Part shown: positions 18,206 to 28,349 of the stretch, piece by piece
Position numbering within the stretch: position 1 is the stretch's first letter
Layout: each line of letters opens with the position of its first letter
Sequence record: SRR31156797_7399
Length of the DNA stretch: 36,653 nt
Direction: 5' to 3' (one strand)
Made by a program: the position numbers and the translations under genes
The notes under the pieces: generated by a model
The model's input: only the letters and a program-made list of their open reading frames with translations
The model's database searches: none
Told to the model about the DNA's origin: nothing

Positions 18206-18284
18206 GAATTAATAAAAGAAAATAAAGAACCAATTAACAATTATTGAGATATTATCTTTTAAATCATCATAAATAGTGACATGT

Positions 18285-18319
18285 AAAAAGTCCCGTAACT
18301 GAAATATCAATTACGGGAC
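18285..18319 (-). terminator. Intrinsic terminator of the T9SS repeat protein gene
   Basis: GTCCCGTAA...TTACGGGAC stem followed by a U-tract on the minus strand (AAAAA at 18285-18289). Confidence 0.75.
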
Positions 18320-18344
18320 GCATCATTTCTGTTTTTCCAAAAAC

Positions 18345-20324
18345 TTATCGAATGATGTTTACTTTACCTCTAAAGATAATATAATTATGTTCATTTTTCA
18401 ATATGATCGTATATAATCCTACGGAAATATTAGGAATTGAAATAAGTTGATTTTTATTCCCTTGTATACTTTGTTTATGTATAGTATTTCCACTGATATC
18501 AACAAGGAACAAAGTAAGTGCACCTTCATTTAAAGTAGATAGATCGATATTGAATTTACCCTTATTGGGATTTGGGTATACACTTATTGCAGTATTGTTA
18601 TTTGATGATAAGGATGTGGAGTAATCGTATGATAAATTCCAATCGTAGGTTTTATTCACTGCTTTTTCTCCAAGCCATCTTATATAGATAGTTTCTCCAT
18701 CCGCAATGGCATAGCTCAACTGAGTCTGAAAGCCACACTCATCATCTGCAGATTCAATGAGTGTATTGCAGTCGTTGTAAATTTCTAACTTAGTATCAAA
18801 TTCAGTTAAATCGCAGCTTTTAATCATCAGAATTTCATCTTCAGAAGAAGTGTATTCGTACCATTGATCATAGTCACTGGTGTGAGTAGTGGTATTATCT
18901 CCTAAATTACAAGTTAATGCCTGTGTACACTCTTCGCCAGGATTTAAATCCTCTCGATTTAAATTCCAATTGTAGGTGCCAGAAGTATATGTTTTTTTCC
19001 ATCTGATATAGTACGTTTCATTGGAATATACTTGAAATGTTGCAGATTCTTGTGTACTACATGAATTGTTAATTTGCAGATAAACAGATTCGTTGCAGCC
19101 TTTGTAAATTTCAAGGCTGGTGTTTTCTGAGGTTAAACCACAGCTAGATACAGTTACTCTTCCATTAGATTCTGGTGTGTAGGCAAACCATTGATCATAT
19201 CCGCTTGAGTGATCACAACTATTGGATCCTTCAATGGCGGTATAAGCTGATTCACAATAATATCCTTCTGTGTCTTCATTTTCTGTTAGAGTCCAGTTGT
19301 ATGATCCGGATGTATAGGTGTTGCTCCATTTTATATAGTAAGTTTCGCCTTGTGTACATGAGAAAGCAAGCTGAGACTGTGTAGAACAAAAATCGTTGTT
19401 TGCGCTTAATAAGGTGTTGCAATCCTCATATACTTCTACATAAGTATCTTCACTGGTCTGAGAACAAGATGAAACAATAATTTCTCCGGTAACATTTGCT
19501 GTATAAGCAAACCATTGGTTTACACCGGTACTGTGGTCGCATTGGTTGGTACCTATTGTTGCAATAAACGGATCGTCACAAAAGTCACCTTGCTCCGTTA
19601 AATCATCGGTCAAAATCCAATTATAGCTACCTGAGATATTATTGCTTTTCCATCTTATTAAATAGGTATTCCCGGCTGTAGTTTCAATAATTAATGATGA
19701 TTGATAATTACAGCTATTATTATTAAAATCAATCGGGTATCCATCGCAAGAATTATAAACCTCAACAAAGGTATCTTCAGTGGTTTGATCACATGTAGTT
19801 AATTTTAATTTACCGGTATTGACAGCCGTGTAGGTATACCATTGGTCAGCACCGGAACTGTGGTCAGCCAAATTACTACCAATGATTGCTGATTTGGGAT
19901 CATCGCAAAAGTCACCTTGTTTAGCAGCGTCTTCTGTTAACGTCCAGTTGTAGGCTTTATTTGTACTTGTAATACTAATGCGCCAACGAATGTAATAAGT
20001 ACTTCCTGTTGTACATTGAAAAACAACCTGAGATTGTGAATTACAATAATTATCATTAGATACTAATGGAATACTAACTCCACAAGCTGTATAAACCTGA
20101 ACATTTGTGTCTTCAGTTGTTGCACCACAATTAGAAATAGTGATCTTTCCATTCATGGTAGCAGTATATGTAAACCATTGTTCAATATCACCAGTATGAT
20201 CACTGGTGTTAGTTGATACTGATATTTCATTGGCAGCTACAGCTTCAGAACAACTGCTGCCACCTTGGGCAAAGACTTGACTCCCACTAAGGGATATCAA
20301 AAGAATGAGCAATAAATTTCTCAT
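18345..20324 (-). CDS. T9SS type A sorting domain protein with five Cys-containing ~109-aa repeats
   Basis: Signal peptide, five G..C..A...DH....QW..Y...C..T.EDT...Y..C...C..Q...TY.I.W...Y.W units, and CTD VYPNP...ISG...GLY...KV.IIR. Confidence 0.85.
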   Translation of the reverse strand: MRNLLLILLISLSGSQVFAQGGSSCSEAVAANEISVSTNTSDHTGDIEQWFTYTATMNGKITISNCGATTEDTNVQVYTACGVSIPLVSNDNYCNSQSQVVFQCTTGSTYYIRWRISITSTNKAYNWTLTEDAAKQGDFCDDPKSAIIGSNLADHSSGADQWYTYTAVNTGKLKLTTCDQTTEDTFVEVYNSCDGYPIDFNNNSCNYQSSLIIETTAGNTYLIRWKSNNISGSYNWILTDDLTEQGDFCDDPFIATIGTNQCDHSTGVNQWFAYTANVTGEIIVSSCSQTSEDTYVEVYEDCNTLLSANNDFCSTQSQLAFSCTQGETYYIKWSNTYTSGSYNWTLTENEDTEGYYCESAYTAIEGSNSCDHSSGYDQWFAYTPESNGRVTVSSCGLTSENTSLEIYKGCNESVYLQINNSCSTQESATFQVYSNETYYIRWKKTYTSGTYNWNLNREDLNPGEECTQALTCNLGDNTTTHTSDYDQWYEYTSSEDEILMIKSCDLTEFDTKLEIYNDCNTLIESADDECGFQTQLSYAIADGETIYIRWLGEKAVNKTYDWNLSYDYSTSLSSNNNTAISVYPNPNKGKFNIDLSTLNEGALTLFLVDISGNTIHKQSIQGNKNQLISIPNISVGLYTIILKNEHNYIIFRGKVNIIR

Positions 20325-20351
20325 GTGTAATTTAACTTAAAGATTATAAAG

Positions 20352-20359
20352 CAAATTTA
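20352..20359 (-). promoter_or_regulatory. -7 element (TAAATTTG) for the T9SS repeat gene
   Basis: CAAATTTA on + strand, 27 nt upstream of the start codon. Confidence 0.6.
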
Positions 20360-20428
20360 AAGTATTCCCTACCTTCTTTGTAGATTTTTTTGATAAAGCC
20401 CGTAGTAAAAAGTGGTAAATGAACTTAT

Positions 20429-21250
20429 CTAATCCTTTGGAGTAATTCCTCGGTTTAATTTTCCGGAAACAAAACCTTCTTCGTCTATTGCTAAGCCCTT
20501 AAAACCATAGGAGGAGAACTGCTGGTGCAGCTCTGATGTCATTAACGTTTTTAATTGAGAAATTTTATCATGAGGAACTTCAATACTAGCGTTACCTTCT
20601 TTATATCTCACTCTTACATCTTTAAAACCTTTGTTGTTTAAAAGGTTTTCAGCATTTTCTACCATTAGTAGTTTTTCACGTGAAATACTTTCTCCGTATG
20701 GAAATCGACTGCTTAAACATGGACTTGCCGGTTTATCCCAAACTTCCAATTGATAGTATTTACTAATGTTTCGAATAGCCTTTTTGCTAATTTGGCATTC
20801 TAATAGGGGACTATGAACACTAAATTCATCGGCAGCCTGCATTCCAGGGCGATAGTCACCTGTATCATCATAATTATTACCATTTACAATGATGTACTCC
20901 TGATAGTCAGAATCAATTAATTTTTGAATAGAAGAATAAAGATTGGTTTTGCAGTAATAGCAGCGGTTCACCGGATTAGCTCTGTAGTTTTCATCTTCAA
21001 TCTCACGTGCATCAATTTCTATTAATTGAATGTCGTATTTTTGCGCGAAGTTTTGTGCATCAACTAAGTCTTTGTTTTTAAGGCTGGCAGAATTACTGAT
21101 GACAGCGATTGCATTTTCTTTTCCTAAAGCCTGTCTGGACATATAGGCAACCAGGCATGAATCGACTCCTCCGGAAAGTGCAATGAGTACTTTAGGGTGT
21201 TTATTAAACCAGTTATTTAGTTTGTGTATTTGAGACGTAATGTTTTCCAT
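20429..21250 (-). CDS. larE: ATP-dependent sulfur transferase LarE (PP-loop, TIGR00268-like)
   Basis: ALSGGVDS, RCYYCK, GNNYDD..DYRPG..A, WDKPASPCLSSRFPYG, VRVR. Confidence 0.92.
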   Translation of the reverse strand: MENITSQIHKLNNWFNKHPKVLIALSGGVDSCLVAYMSRQALGKENAIAVISNSASLKNKDLVDAQNFAQKYDIQLIEIDAREIEDENYRANPVNRCYYCKTNLYSSIQKLIDSDYQEYIIVNGNNYDDTGDYRPGMQAADEFSVHSPLLECQISKKAIRNISKYYQLEVWDKPASPCLSSRFPYGESISREKLLMVENAENLLNNKGFKDVRVRYKEGNASIEVPHDKISQLKTLMTSELHQQFSSYGFKGLAIDEEGFVSGKLNRGITPKD

Positions 21251-21305
21251 ATGGGAATAACATTATATAGAAGAGGATGGTTCATACGTGTGGTTTATTA
21301 GAAAG

Positions 21306-21341
21306 AAAAACGGATGCCTTTCATTTTAGAAAGACATCCGT
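21306..21341 (-). terminator. Intrinsic terminator after aconitase
   Basis: ACGGATG.CTTTC...GAAAG.CATCCGT stem with a U-tract on the minus strand. Confidence 0.7.
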
Positions 21342-21366
21342 ATATATCATTAAGAATGAATTTTTC

Positions 21367-23628
21367 TTAGGCGTTTTGCTTCTTAATTAAATTCAAAGCA
21401 CTTCCGTTTTTAAACCATTCAATTTGCTGTGTATTGTAAGTGTGATTAGCAATAATTTGCTCTTTACTTCCATTTGCATGAACGATTTCAATAGTTAATG
21501 GTTTGTCAGGGGCAAAATCAGTTAAGTCAATAAAGTTGAATGTATCATCTTCCTGAACTTTATCGTAATCAGCTTCGTTGGCAAAAGTTAAACCTAACAT
21601 ACCTTGTTTTTTAAGGTTTGTTTCGTGGATACGTGCAAAGCTTTTTACCAATACAGCTCTTACACCAAGATGGCGAGGCTCCATGGCAGCATGCTCACGA
21701 GAAGAACCTTCACCATAGTTGTGATCACCCACAACAATAGTTGGAATACCAGCATCTTTATAAGCTCTTTGTGTTGCAGGAACTTCACCGTATTCACCTG
21801 TTATTTGTGACTTCACTTTATTGGTTTCACCATTGAATTTGTTTACTGCACCAATTAACATGTTGTTAGAGATGTTATCAAGGTGTCCACGATATTTTAA
21901 CCATGGACCAGCCATTGAAATATGGTCAGTCGTACATTTTCCTTCTGCTTTAATTAATAGTTTAGCACCAGTAATGTTTTGTCCGTCCCAAGGTGTAAAA
22001 GGCGTAAGCAATTGTAAACGATCACTCTCAGGAGAAACAATTACTTCAACACTAGAACCATCTGCAGCAGGAGCCTGATAACCCGGGTCTTCAACGTCAA
22101 AACCTTTTGGTGGTAACTCATCTCCGGTTGGAGCTGTTAAAGCCACTTCTTCTCCTTTAGCATTAACCAGCTTATCTGTTAATGGATTAAATCCTAAATC
22201 TCCGGCAATTGCCAAAGCAGTTACTAATTCAGGAGAGCCTACAAATGCAAAAGTGTTTGGATTACCATCTGCACGTTTGGCAAAGTTACGGTTGAATGAG
22301 TGTACAATCGTATTTTTCTCTTGCTTTTCGGCACCCATACGCGCCCACATACCAATACATGGTCCACAGGCATTGGCAAATACTACACCGTCAATCTTTT
22401 TGAATGTATCTACCATTCCATCACGATCAATGGTATAACGAACTTGCTCAGAACCCGGAGTAATAGAGAATTCAGCTTTTGCTTTTAATCCTTTTTTTAC
22501 CGCATCTTCAGCAACAGAAGCTGCTTTAGAAATATCTTCGTAAGATGAGTTGGTACAAGAACCAATTAAACCTACTTCAACTTTAGTTGGCCATCCGTTT
22601 TTCTCAGCCTCTTCGCGCATTTTGCTGATAGGTGTAGCTTTATCCGGCGTAAAAGGACCGTTTAAGTGAGGTTCTAACTCATCTAAATTAATTTCAATTA
22701 CCTGATCGAAATATTTTTCTGGCTCAGCGTAAACTTCAGCATCTGCAGTTAATAAACTTTTAACTTCGTTAGCAGCATCAGCCACATCATGACGATTTGT
22801 AGCTCTTAAGTAACGTTCCATTGAAAAGTCATAGCCAAATGTAGAAGTAGTTGCGCCAATTTCAGCACCCATGTTACAAATGGTTCCTTTTCCTGTACAT
22901 GATAAAGATTCAGCACCTTCGCCAAAGTATTCTACAATACATCCGGTTCCACCTTTTACTGTAAGAATACCGGCAACTTTTAGGATAATATCTTTAGGAG
23001 CAGTCCAGCCGCTTAATTTTCCGGTTAACTTAACACCAATTAGTTTTGGAAATTTTAGTTCCCAAGGCATTCCGGCCATTACGTCAACCGCATCAGCACC
23101 ACCAACACCAATGGCTACCATACCTAAACCACCTGCATTTACTGTATGAGAATCCGTTCCAATCATCATACCTCCTGGAAATGCATAGTTTTCTAAAACA
23201 ACCTGGTGAATAATACCTGCACCCGGTTTCCAGAAACCAATACCATAACGATTGGTAACTGAACTTAAAAAGTCGTAAACCTCTTTATTGGTTACTTTAG
23301 CCGTTTCTAAATCTTGCTCAGCTTCGACTTTAGCCTGAATTAAGTGATCGGCATGTACAGTAGAAGGTACGGCCGCTTTATCTTTTCCTGCCTGCATAAA
23401 TTGCAGTAGAGCCATTTGCGCAGTTGCATCCTGCATGGCTACACGGTCAGGATTAAAATTTACGTAAGATTCACCTCTTTTAAATGCTTCAGTAGCATCT
23501 TCAGAAAGGTGAGCATAAAGAATTTTTTCGGTAAGCGTTAAAGGTTTGTCCAAAATAGTACGAGCTTTTTCTACTTTAGCTCCCATTTCGGCATACACTT
23601 TTTTAATCATTTCAATGTCGAACGCCAT
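21367..23628 (-). CDS. acnA: Aconitate hydratase (mitochondrial-type)
   Basis: [33 protein letters not shown] (4Fe-4S ligands), [22 protein letters not shown]. Confidence 0.96.
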   Translation of the reverse strand: MAFDIEMIKKVYAEMGAKVEKARTILDKPLTLTEKILYAHLSEDATEAFKRGESYVNFNPDRVAMQDATAQMALLQFMQAGKDKAAVPSTVHADHLIQAKVEAEQDLETAKVTNKEVYDFLSSVTNRYGIGFWKPGAGIIHQVVLENYAFPGGMMIGTDSHTVNAGGLGMVAIGVGGADAVDVMAGMPWELKFPKLIGVKLTGKLSGWTAPKDIILKVAGILTVKGGTGCIVEYFGEGAESLSCTGKGTICNMGAEIGATTSTFGYDFSMERYLRATNRHDVADAANEVKSLLTADAEVYAEPEKYFDQVIEINLDELEPHLNGPFTPDKATPISKMREEAEKNGWPTKVEVGLIGSCTNSSYEDISKAASVAEDAVKKGLKAKAEFSITPGSEQVRYTIDRDGMVDTFKKIDGVVFANACGPCIGMWARMGAEKQEKNTIVHSFNRNFAKRADGNPNTFAFVGSPELVTALAIAGDLGFNPLTDKLVNAKGEEVALTAPTGDELPPKGFDVEDPGYQAPAADGSSVEVIVSPESDRLQLLTPFTPWDGQNITGAKLLIKAEGKCTTDHISMAGPWLKYRGHLDNISNNMLIGAVNKFNGETNKVKSQITGEYGEVPATQRAYKDAGIPTIVVGDHNYGEGSSREHAAMEPRHLGVRAVLVKSFARIHETNLKKQGMLGLTFANEADYDKVQEDDTFNFIDLTDFAPDKPLTIEIVHANGSKEQIIANHTYNTQQIEWFKNGSALNLIKKQNA

Positions 23629-23732
23629 AATTATTCAATTGTTTTAGTGTTTCTACTTTGTTGAACAAGATTTGCTTAAGCTTTAGAATATAGGGTAAGT
23701 CAGTATCTTGCTGTTAAATTTTTTGCGGTGAG

Positions 23733-23740
23733 CAAAATTA
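23733..23740 (-). promoter_or_regulatory. -7 element (TAATTTTG) for aconitase
   Basis: CAAAATTA on + strand, about 105 nt upstream of the start codon. Confidence 0.6.
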
Positions 23741-24064
23741 GCAAAAAATAAAAATAAATACTGCCTTTTATCATAGTTAATAAGTAAGTCTATATTTCAT
23801 ACTCATTAACAACAAACAAAATAGAATGTTTACAAGAATCAGATAACAGATGTTTGTGAATAGTAAATAGAAGATAATTAGTAGATAACAGTCAATCGTA
23901 ATTAGATAATGGTCTTAATTTGAAGTGTGGAACTACCATTATTACATAGCTCAGTTTTAAAAATCATTGTATAAAGTCTCCTTTTTTAAAAAAAGTTGAG
24001 CTTTGGAGATATAACCAAAGAGTCACTAATTTGCCTGGAAACAGATGGTCATTTAACGAGGCTT

Positions 24065-24814
24065 CTAATTGTTGGTGCTGAATATTTCGCCGCTTGCTTT
24101 TAGATGAATATCTTCTCCTTTTTCCACATTTATATTTTCCGGATTACCTGAATAATAAGTGTTTCCAGATGAGAATATGGATAGGTTAAGCGACTCGTTA
24201 ACATTAACATGGCAAGAACCGATTGATTTATGTGTGATACTAACCTGATCCGAAACTAGCGATTCTGCCCAAACATTAACACCGCCTTCAATATGTATTT
24301 GTAATGAAGGACAAGTACCAGCTAAATAAAAGTTACCAATATTATCAATGGCATAGCAGGTCAGCTTAATGCTTTGTGCATTGATTTGTAAATCACATCC
24401 CGAAAAGGAACCTGAGCCATTACTCACTATTGATAAACGATTGAAATTAACGAGCTCGTTTGTTTTTAATTCGCAAGGAGCGTTTAATGTGATATTTAAA
24501 TTAGAAGGTACATTAATCGTCACAGTTGGTACTTTTTGCTTTTGCAGAACACCAGGGTGTTTATGAGAAAAAATGAGTGTATTACCTTCCTGTATTAGCT
24601 CAACATCCTCCAGAATGTAATCCATAGCCTCAATGCTGATAGTTTGAGAATTAGAATTTTCAAATACAAACTCAAAAGAATTATCTGCTATGATATGGGT
24701 AAATTCAGTTACCTCATAGCTTTTCTCCAGCAACTCGCCCTCATCCTTTAGGTGTTGGATATAGCTACATGCCGGAAGAGACATAATTAATAGGAGAAAG
24801 TATATGGCTTTCAT
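24065..24814 (-). CDS. GIN domain (DUF2807)-type lipoprotein
   Basis: MKAIYF...LPAC lipobox (start 24814), beta-repeat character and SSGNTYYSGNP C-terminal motif. Confidence 0.75.
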   Translation of the reverse strand: MKAIYFLLLIMSLPACSYIQHLKDEGELLEKSYEVTEFTHIIADNSFEFVFENSNSQTISIEAMDYILEDVELIQEGNTLIFSHKHPGVLQKQKVPTVTINVPSNLNITLNAPCELKTNELVNFNRLSIVSNGSGSFSGCDLQINAQSIKLTCYAIDNIGNFYLAGTCPSLQIHIEGGVNVWAESLVSDQVSITHKSIGSCHVNVNESLNLSIFSSGNTYYSGNPENINVEKGEDIHLKASGEIFSTNN

Positions 24815-24824
24815 ACTGTGTGTT

Positions 24825-25949
24825 TTATTTTTTGTATTTCCATCGATATCCCAGGCCAAACTCCAGAAATTCGGATTTAAAAAAGCTGGCTTTTACACTA
24901 AAATTAGCGATTAAACGTGGGGTTAAATTATAGCGAATTCCCATGCGTGGATAAAGCTTTTGAGGTGATTCAACTCCGGTTCTGATATAATACCCAATAT
25001 TCATAAAAAGAGTGGTTTTACCTAAAAAAGCATTGTACGAAGCAAAAATCCCACAAGCCCAATAGTCCAGTCCTGAATAGTGTTTGTTCACTTGTTTGTC
25101 ATTATAGGCGATCCAAACGTTGGAAGCCGCCGGAAAATAAAAATTATCAAGCCCTAATCCGATGGCTCTTTTTTCGGATAAATGCCATAAATGGTTTATG
25201 CTAACACTGGCATTCCAATATTTTTCAGAGTTCACCATCGTACCCTGACTTCGGCCAATGCTACCTATTATATTTATTTCACGTGCATTTGAAGCTGGAG
25301 CTTTTACCTTTTGAATACGCGGAGTTAATTGCTTATTAAAATGATATTTTACTCCTAAACTGGTTGATAATACATTAACGCCATGGTTAGGTTTTTTGGC
25401 TGCTCCGTTGGAAAGGTGATTTAAGTTTCCGCTCAGCGATACACTTACTTCTTTACTTACGCGATAATCGAACATACATCCAAAACCAACATACACATTA
25501 AAATGTGATCCAAAAATTGTATTGTAGCTATTGGTATTAATATCGAAAGGTTTGGTGGCGTAACCAAGCCCCATAGAAACTTTGTTTTGAATTGAGAAAC
25601 GTGGGCTTCGGAACCAGTAATAATTCACGTAAGGAAAAACTGAAAAGCCTTTGCCATATATTTGATTATTGCCTAAGGAAGTATAAAAAAAGCCCAGTCC
25701 TATTTCCGGATAGTTGAAAAACTTTTCCCAGCTGTTACTCCCAAATAAGGATCTACCATAAGTTAATTCAAATCCGCTGGTATAATCGTTAATAATATAC
25801 ACCATGTTTGAATGATGAGGAATAGAAAAACCACGATGTATTCTGGCCGTTAAGTAGGAATGTGGCTGAGTGCCATCGTTGTGTTTTTTAGCAAAAATAT
25901 GTCCCTGTATTGTTACTAGGGTGCAGATAAAAAAAATAAATCTCTTCAT
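24825..25949 (-). CDS. Acyloxyacyl hydrolase / PagL-like outer-membrane protein
   Basis: Signal peptide, YPEIG, NHLSNG...PNHGVN (PagL-type His-x-Ser), C-terminal EFGLGYRW. Confidence 0.8.
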   Translation of the reverse strand: MKRFIFFICTLVTIQGHIFAKKHNDGTQPHSYLTARIHRGFSIPHHSNMVYIINDYTSGFELTYGRSLFGSNSWEKFFNYPEIGLGFFYTSLGNNQIYGKGFSVFPYVNYYWFRSPRFSIQNKVSMGLGYATKPFDINTNSYNTIFGSHFNVYVGFGCMFDYRVSKEVSVSLSGNLNHLSNGAAKKPNHGVNVLSTSLGVKYHFNKQLTPRIQKVKAPASNAREINIIGSIGRSQGTMVNSEKYWNASVSINHLWHLSEKRAIGLGLDNFYFPAASNVWIAYNDKQVNKHYSGLDYWACGIFASYNAFLGKTTLFMNIGYYIRTGVESPQKLYPRMGIRYNLTPRLIANFSVKASFFKSEFLEFGLGYRWKYKK

Positions 25950-26003
25950 TCTTAATCAGCACATTCAAATGGTGCTTTACACTTAAAAGTTTTAAATCAG
26001 AGG

Positions 26004-26011
26004 CAAAAGTA
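26004..26011 (-). promoter_or_regulatory. -7 element (TACTTTTG) for the PagL-like/GIN operon
   Basis: CAAAAGTA on + strand. Confidence 0.6.
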
Positions 26012-26153
26012 ACATTTTGTACTAAACTGTTTAGTTGAATCTAAAACTTAAAAAGAGAGGTTTTTCTATTTCTTAGCTCTCGTTTCTAATAATCTATAAA
26101 ATAGCCGTATATTCTAAAAAAGCTATATATTCGTTTTAAAATAAAGCAAACCC

Positions 26154-27398
26154 ATGGCCTCAAAACTTTATTTCGAAAATATTAAAGTAGCCGCCGGAGC
26201 CATTAAATCCAATAAGTTACGAACCATTTTAACCATTGTTATTATTACCATTGGTATTACGGCTTTAATTGGTATTATCACGGCAGTACAATCTATTGAG
26301 ACTTCTATTTCCTCTAATTTTACAGGTATGGGTGCCAATTCTTTTTTAATTGAGAATTGGGGGCAGGACATAAGAATAGGTAAACAACGCCATAAGACAA
26401 AAGATTATGGTTTTATATCCTATAAAGAGGCTATAGAGTTTAAAGAAAGATATGATTTTCCTGCAGTGGTTACAGTATATCATCAGGTATATGGAAATTT
26501 CACCGTTAAATACGCATCGCGAAAAACCAACCCCAATGTGGGAGTATTTGGTGTGGATGAAAACTTTATGACTACTTCAGGACATACTATCAGAGAGGGA
26601 AGGGCTTTGGTTAAAAGTGATATCAATGATAATCGGTATGTTGCCATATTGGGAGCTGATCTGTATGATAAATTGTTTCCGGAGAAAACCTCAGCTATTG
26701 ATGAGGTGGTGAGTGTGAGAGGAATTAAATACAAGGTTATTGGAGTACTAGAAAAAAAAGGAGCCGGGTTTGGAGGACAAAGTGACAACATTATCATTGT
26801 ACCGGTTAGTAATGTGCGTCAAAAATTCAGTTGGCCAAAAATGTCGTATAAAATAGAGGTAATGGCTAATAATCCTGCGCATTTAGATGCTGCTGTTAGC
26901 GAAGCAACAGGAACCTTTCGTCTGGTGCGTCGCTTAAAAATTACAGATGAAAATAATTTTAACATCGTAAAAAGTGATAACCTATCAAGGATGCTCATAG
27001 AAAATTTATCTAATGTTACCATTATTGCAAATGTAATTGGTTTTATTACCTTGTTTGGAGCTGCTATTGGTTTAATGAATATCATGTTAGTAGCTGTGGC
27101 AGAAAGAACCCGGGAGATTGGAATTAGAAAGGCTATTGGCGCCACAAGTAGAGCAATAAGAGATCAGTTTTTAATGGAGTCGGTTATGATTGGGATATTG
27201 GGAGGTGCTTGTGGTATAATATTGGGAATTATGGTAGGAAATATCATATCCATCATATTAAAATCGGGCTTTGTAGTTCCCTGGATTTGGATAATCATCA
27301 GTATTGTATTGTGTTTAGTAGTAGGATTGCTTTCAGGTTTAATGCCGGCAATTAAAGCCTCAAAATTAGACCCAATAGAATCTCTTCGTTATGAATAA
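26154..27398 (+). CDS. ABC transporter permease, MacB/FtsX family
   Basis: NKLRTILT, large periplasmic loop, GLMNIMLVAVAERTREIGIRKAIGA, PAIKASKLDPIESLRYE. Confidence 0.93.
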   Translation: MASKLYFENIKVAAGAIKSNKLRTILTIVIITIGITALIGIITAVQSIETSISSNFTGMGANSFLIENWGQDIRIGKQRHKTKDYGFISYKEAIEFKERYDFPAVVTVYHQVYGNFTVKYASRKTNPNVGVFGVDENFMTTSGHTIREGRALVKSDINDNRYVAILGADLYDKLFPEKTSAIDEVVSVRGIKYKVIGVLEKKGAGFGGQSDNIIIVPVSNVRQKFSWPKMSYKIEVMANNPAHLDAAVSEATGTFRLVRRLKITDENNFNIVKSDNLSRMLIENLSNVTIIANVIGFITLFGAAIGLMNIMLVAVAERTREIGIRKAIGATSRAIRDQFLMESVMIGILGGACGIILGIMVGNIISIILKSGFVVPWIWIIISIVLCLVVGLLSGLMPAIKASKLDPIESLRYE

Positions 27399-27458
27399 GA
27401 GATGGAATGATGCATATAGTTTGTTATCTTTAAGTAAATCATAAATTTAAAAAAGTGT

Positions 27459-28349
27459 ATGGTAACGTCATCGCTCAAAAGTTTTAAAGAATTCTGGTCG
27501 CAAAGAACAACACTGGCATTATTTATTGTTGTGCTAATAGGAGTCTTAATTAATGTTCTTCAGCGTGTTTCTGAGCCTAAGCCTCAGCTTTCGTCGATCT
27601 ATTTATGCCATAGCGATGATGTAGATTCCATAAGAGCATTGGAAGATACTTTGGTAAGTCCGATACTTTATCAGCAAGTACCCAATTTAGGAGGTATGCA
27701 TTATAAAGAAAGAATGCAGAAATTTATTGAGCTGATGGTGCCGTCTATATTACTAGCCCGCGAAAAATTGCTTCAGAAAAGAATGAAAGTTTTGGAGCTG
27801 GATGCTGCACTGCAAGCAGGAGTGGGAACAGAACGCGATTCTATATATCTCGAAAGCATAAAAAAGGAGTTTAAAACTGAAGATATTCAGGAATTGTTGA
27901 AACGAATGCACCCTCATCCGGTTTCTATTATTTTGGCGCAAGCTGCTATCGAAAGTGGTTGGGGAACCTCTCGTTTTTGCAAAGAAGCCAACAATATTTT
28001 TGGTATTTGGTCTTATAATAGTAAGGAAAAAAGAATCAGAGCGAGTCAGAGTAGAGGAAGTACGGATATTTATCTGAGAAAATATGACTCTTTATTTGAA
28101 TCGATTTATGATTATTTAGTCACCATAGGTAAGGCAGGCGCTTATAAGCAATTTAGAGCAGCCCGTTTGCACTCAGAAAATCCTTATCGCTTAATCTGGT
28201 ACTTAAGTAACTACTCTGAAAAACGATATGAGTATGTTCGTTCTTTGCGCAACGTGATTGAATTTAATGATTTGCATTTGTACGATACTTATCAGTTACA
28301 GGCATTTAATATGGATGATGATGTGTGGAAAGAAATGTTGGATCAATAG
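27459..28349 (+). CDS. Glucosaminidase (GH73, Bax-like) with N-terminal membrane anchor
   Basis: ILAQAAIESGWGTSRF...NNIFGIW, YSE motif. Confidence 0.88.
   Translation: MVTSSLKSFKEFWSQRTTLALFIVVLIGVLINVLQRVSEPKPQLSSIYLCHSDDVDSIRALEDTLVSPILYQQVPNLGGMHYKERMQKFIELMVPSILLAREKLLQKRMKVLELDAALQAGVGTERDSIYLESIKKEFKTEDIQELLKRMHPHPVSIILAQAAIESGWGTSRFCKEANNIFGIWSYNSKEKRIRASQSRGSTDIYLRKYDSLFESIYDYLVTIGKAGAYKQFRAARLHSENPYRLIWYLSNYSEKRYEYVRSLRNVIEFNDLHLYDTYQLQAFNMDDDVWKEMLDQ

Noticed and set aside
23662-23712. Iron-responsive-element-like hairpin in the aconitase leader
   Set aside because: Only a weak interrupted stem (CAAGAT/ATCTTG) and no CAGUG loop on the mRNA strand.
23841-23910. Several AGATAA direct repeats resembling a Fur box or small array
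   Set aside because: Irregular spacing in very AT-rich DNA, no palindromic Fur consensus and no repeat-spacer structure.
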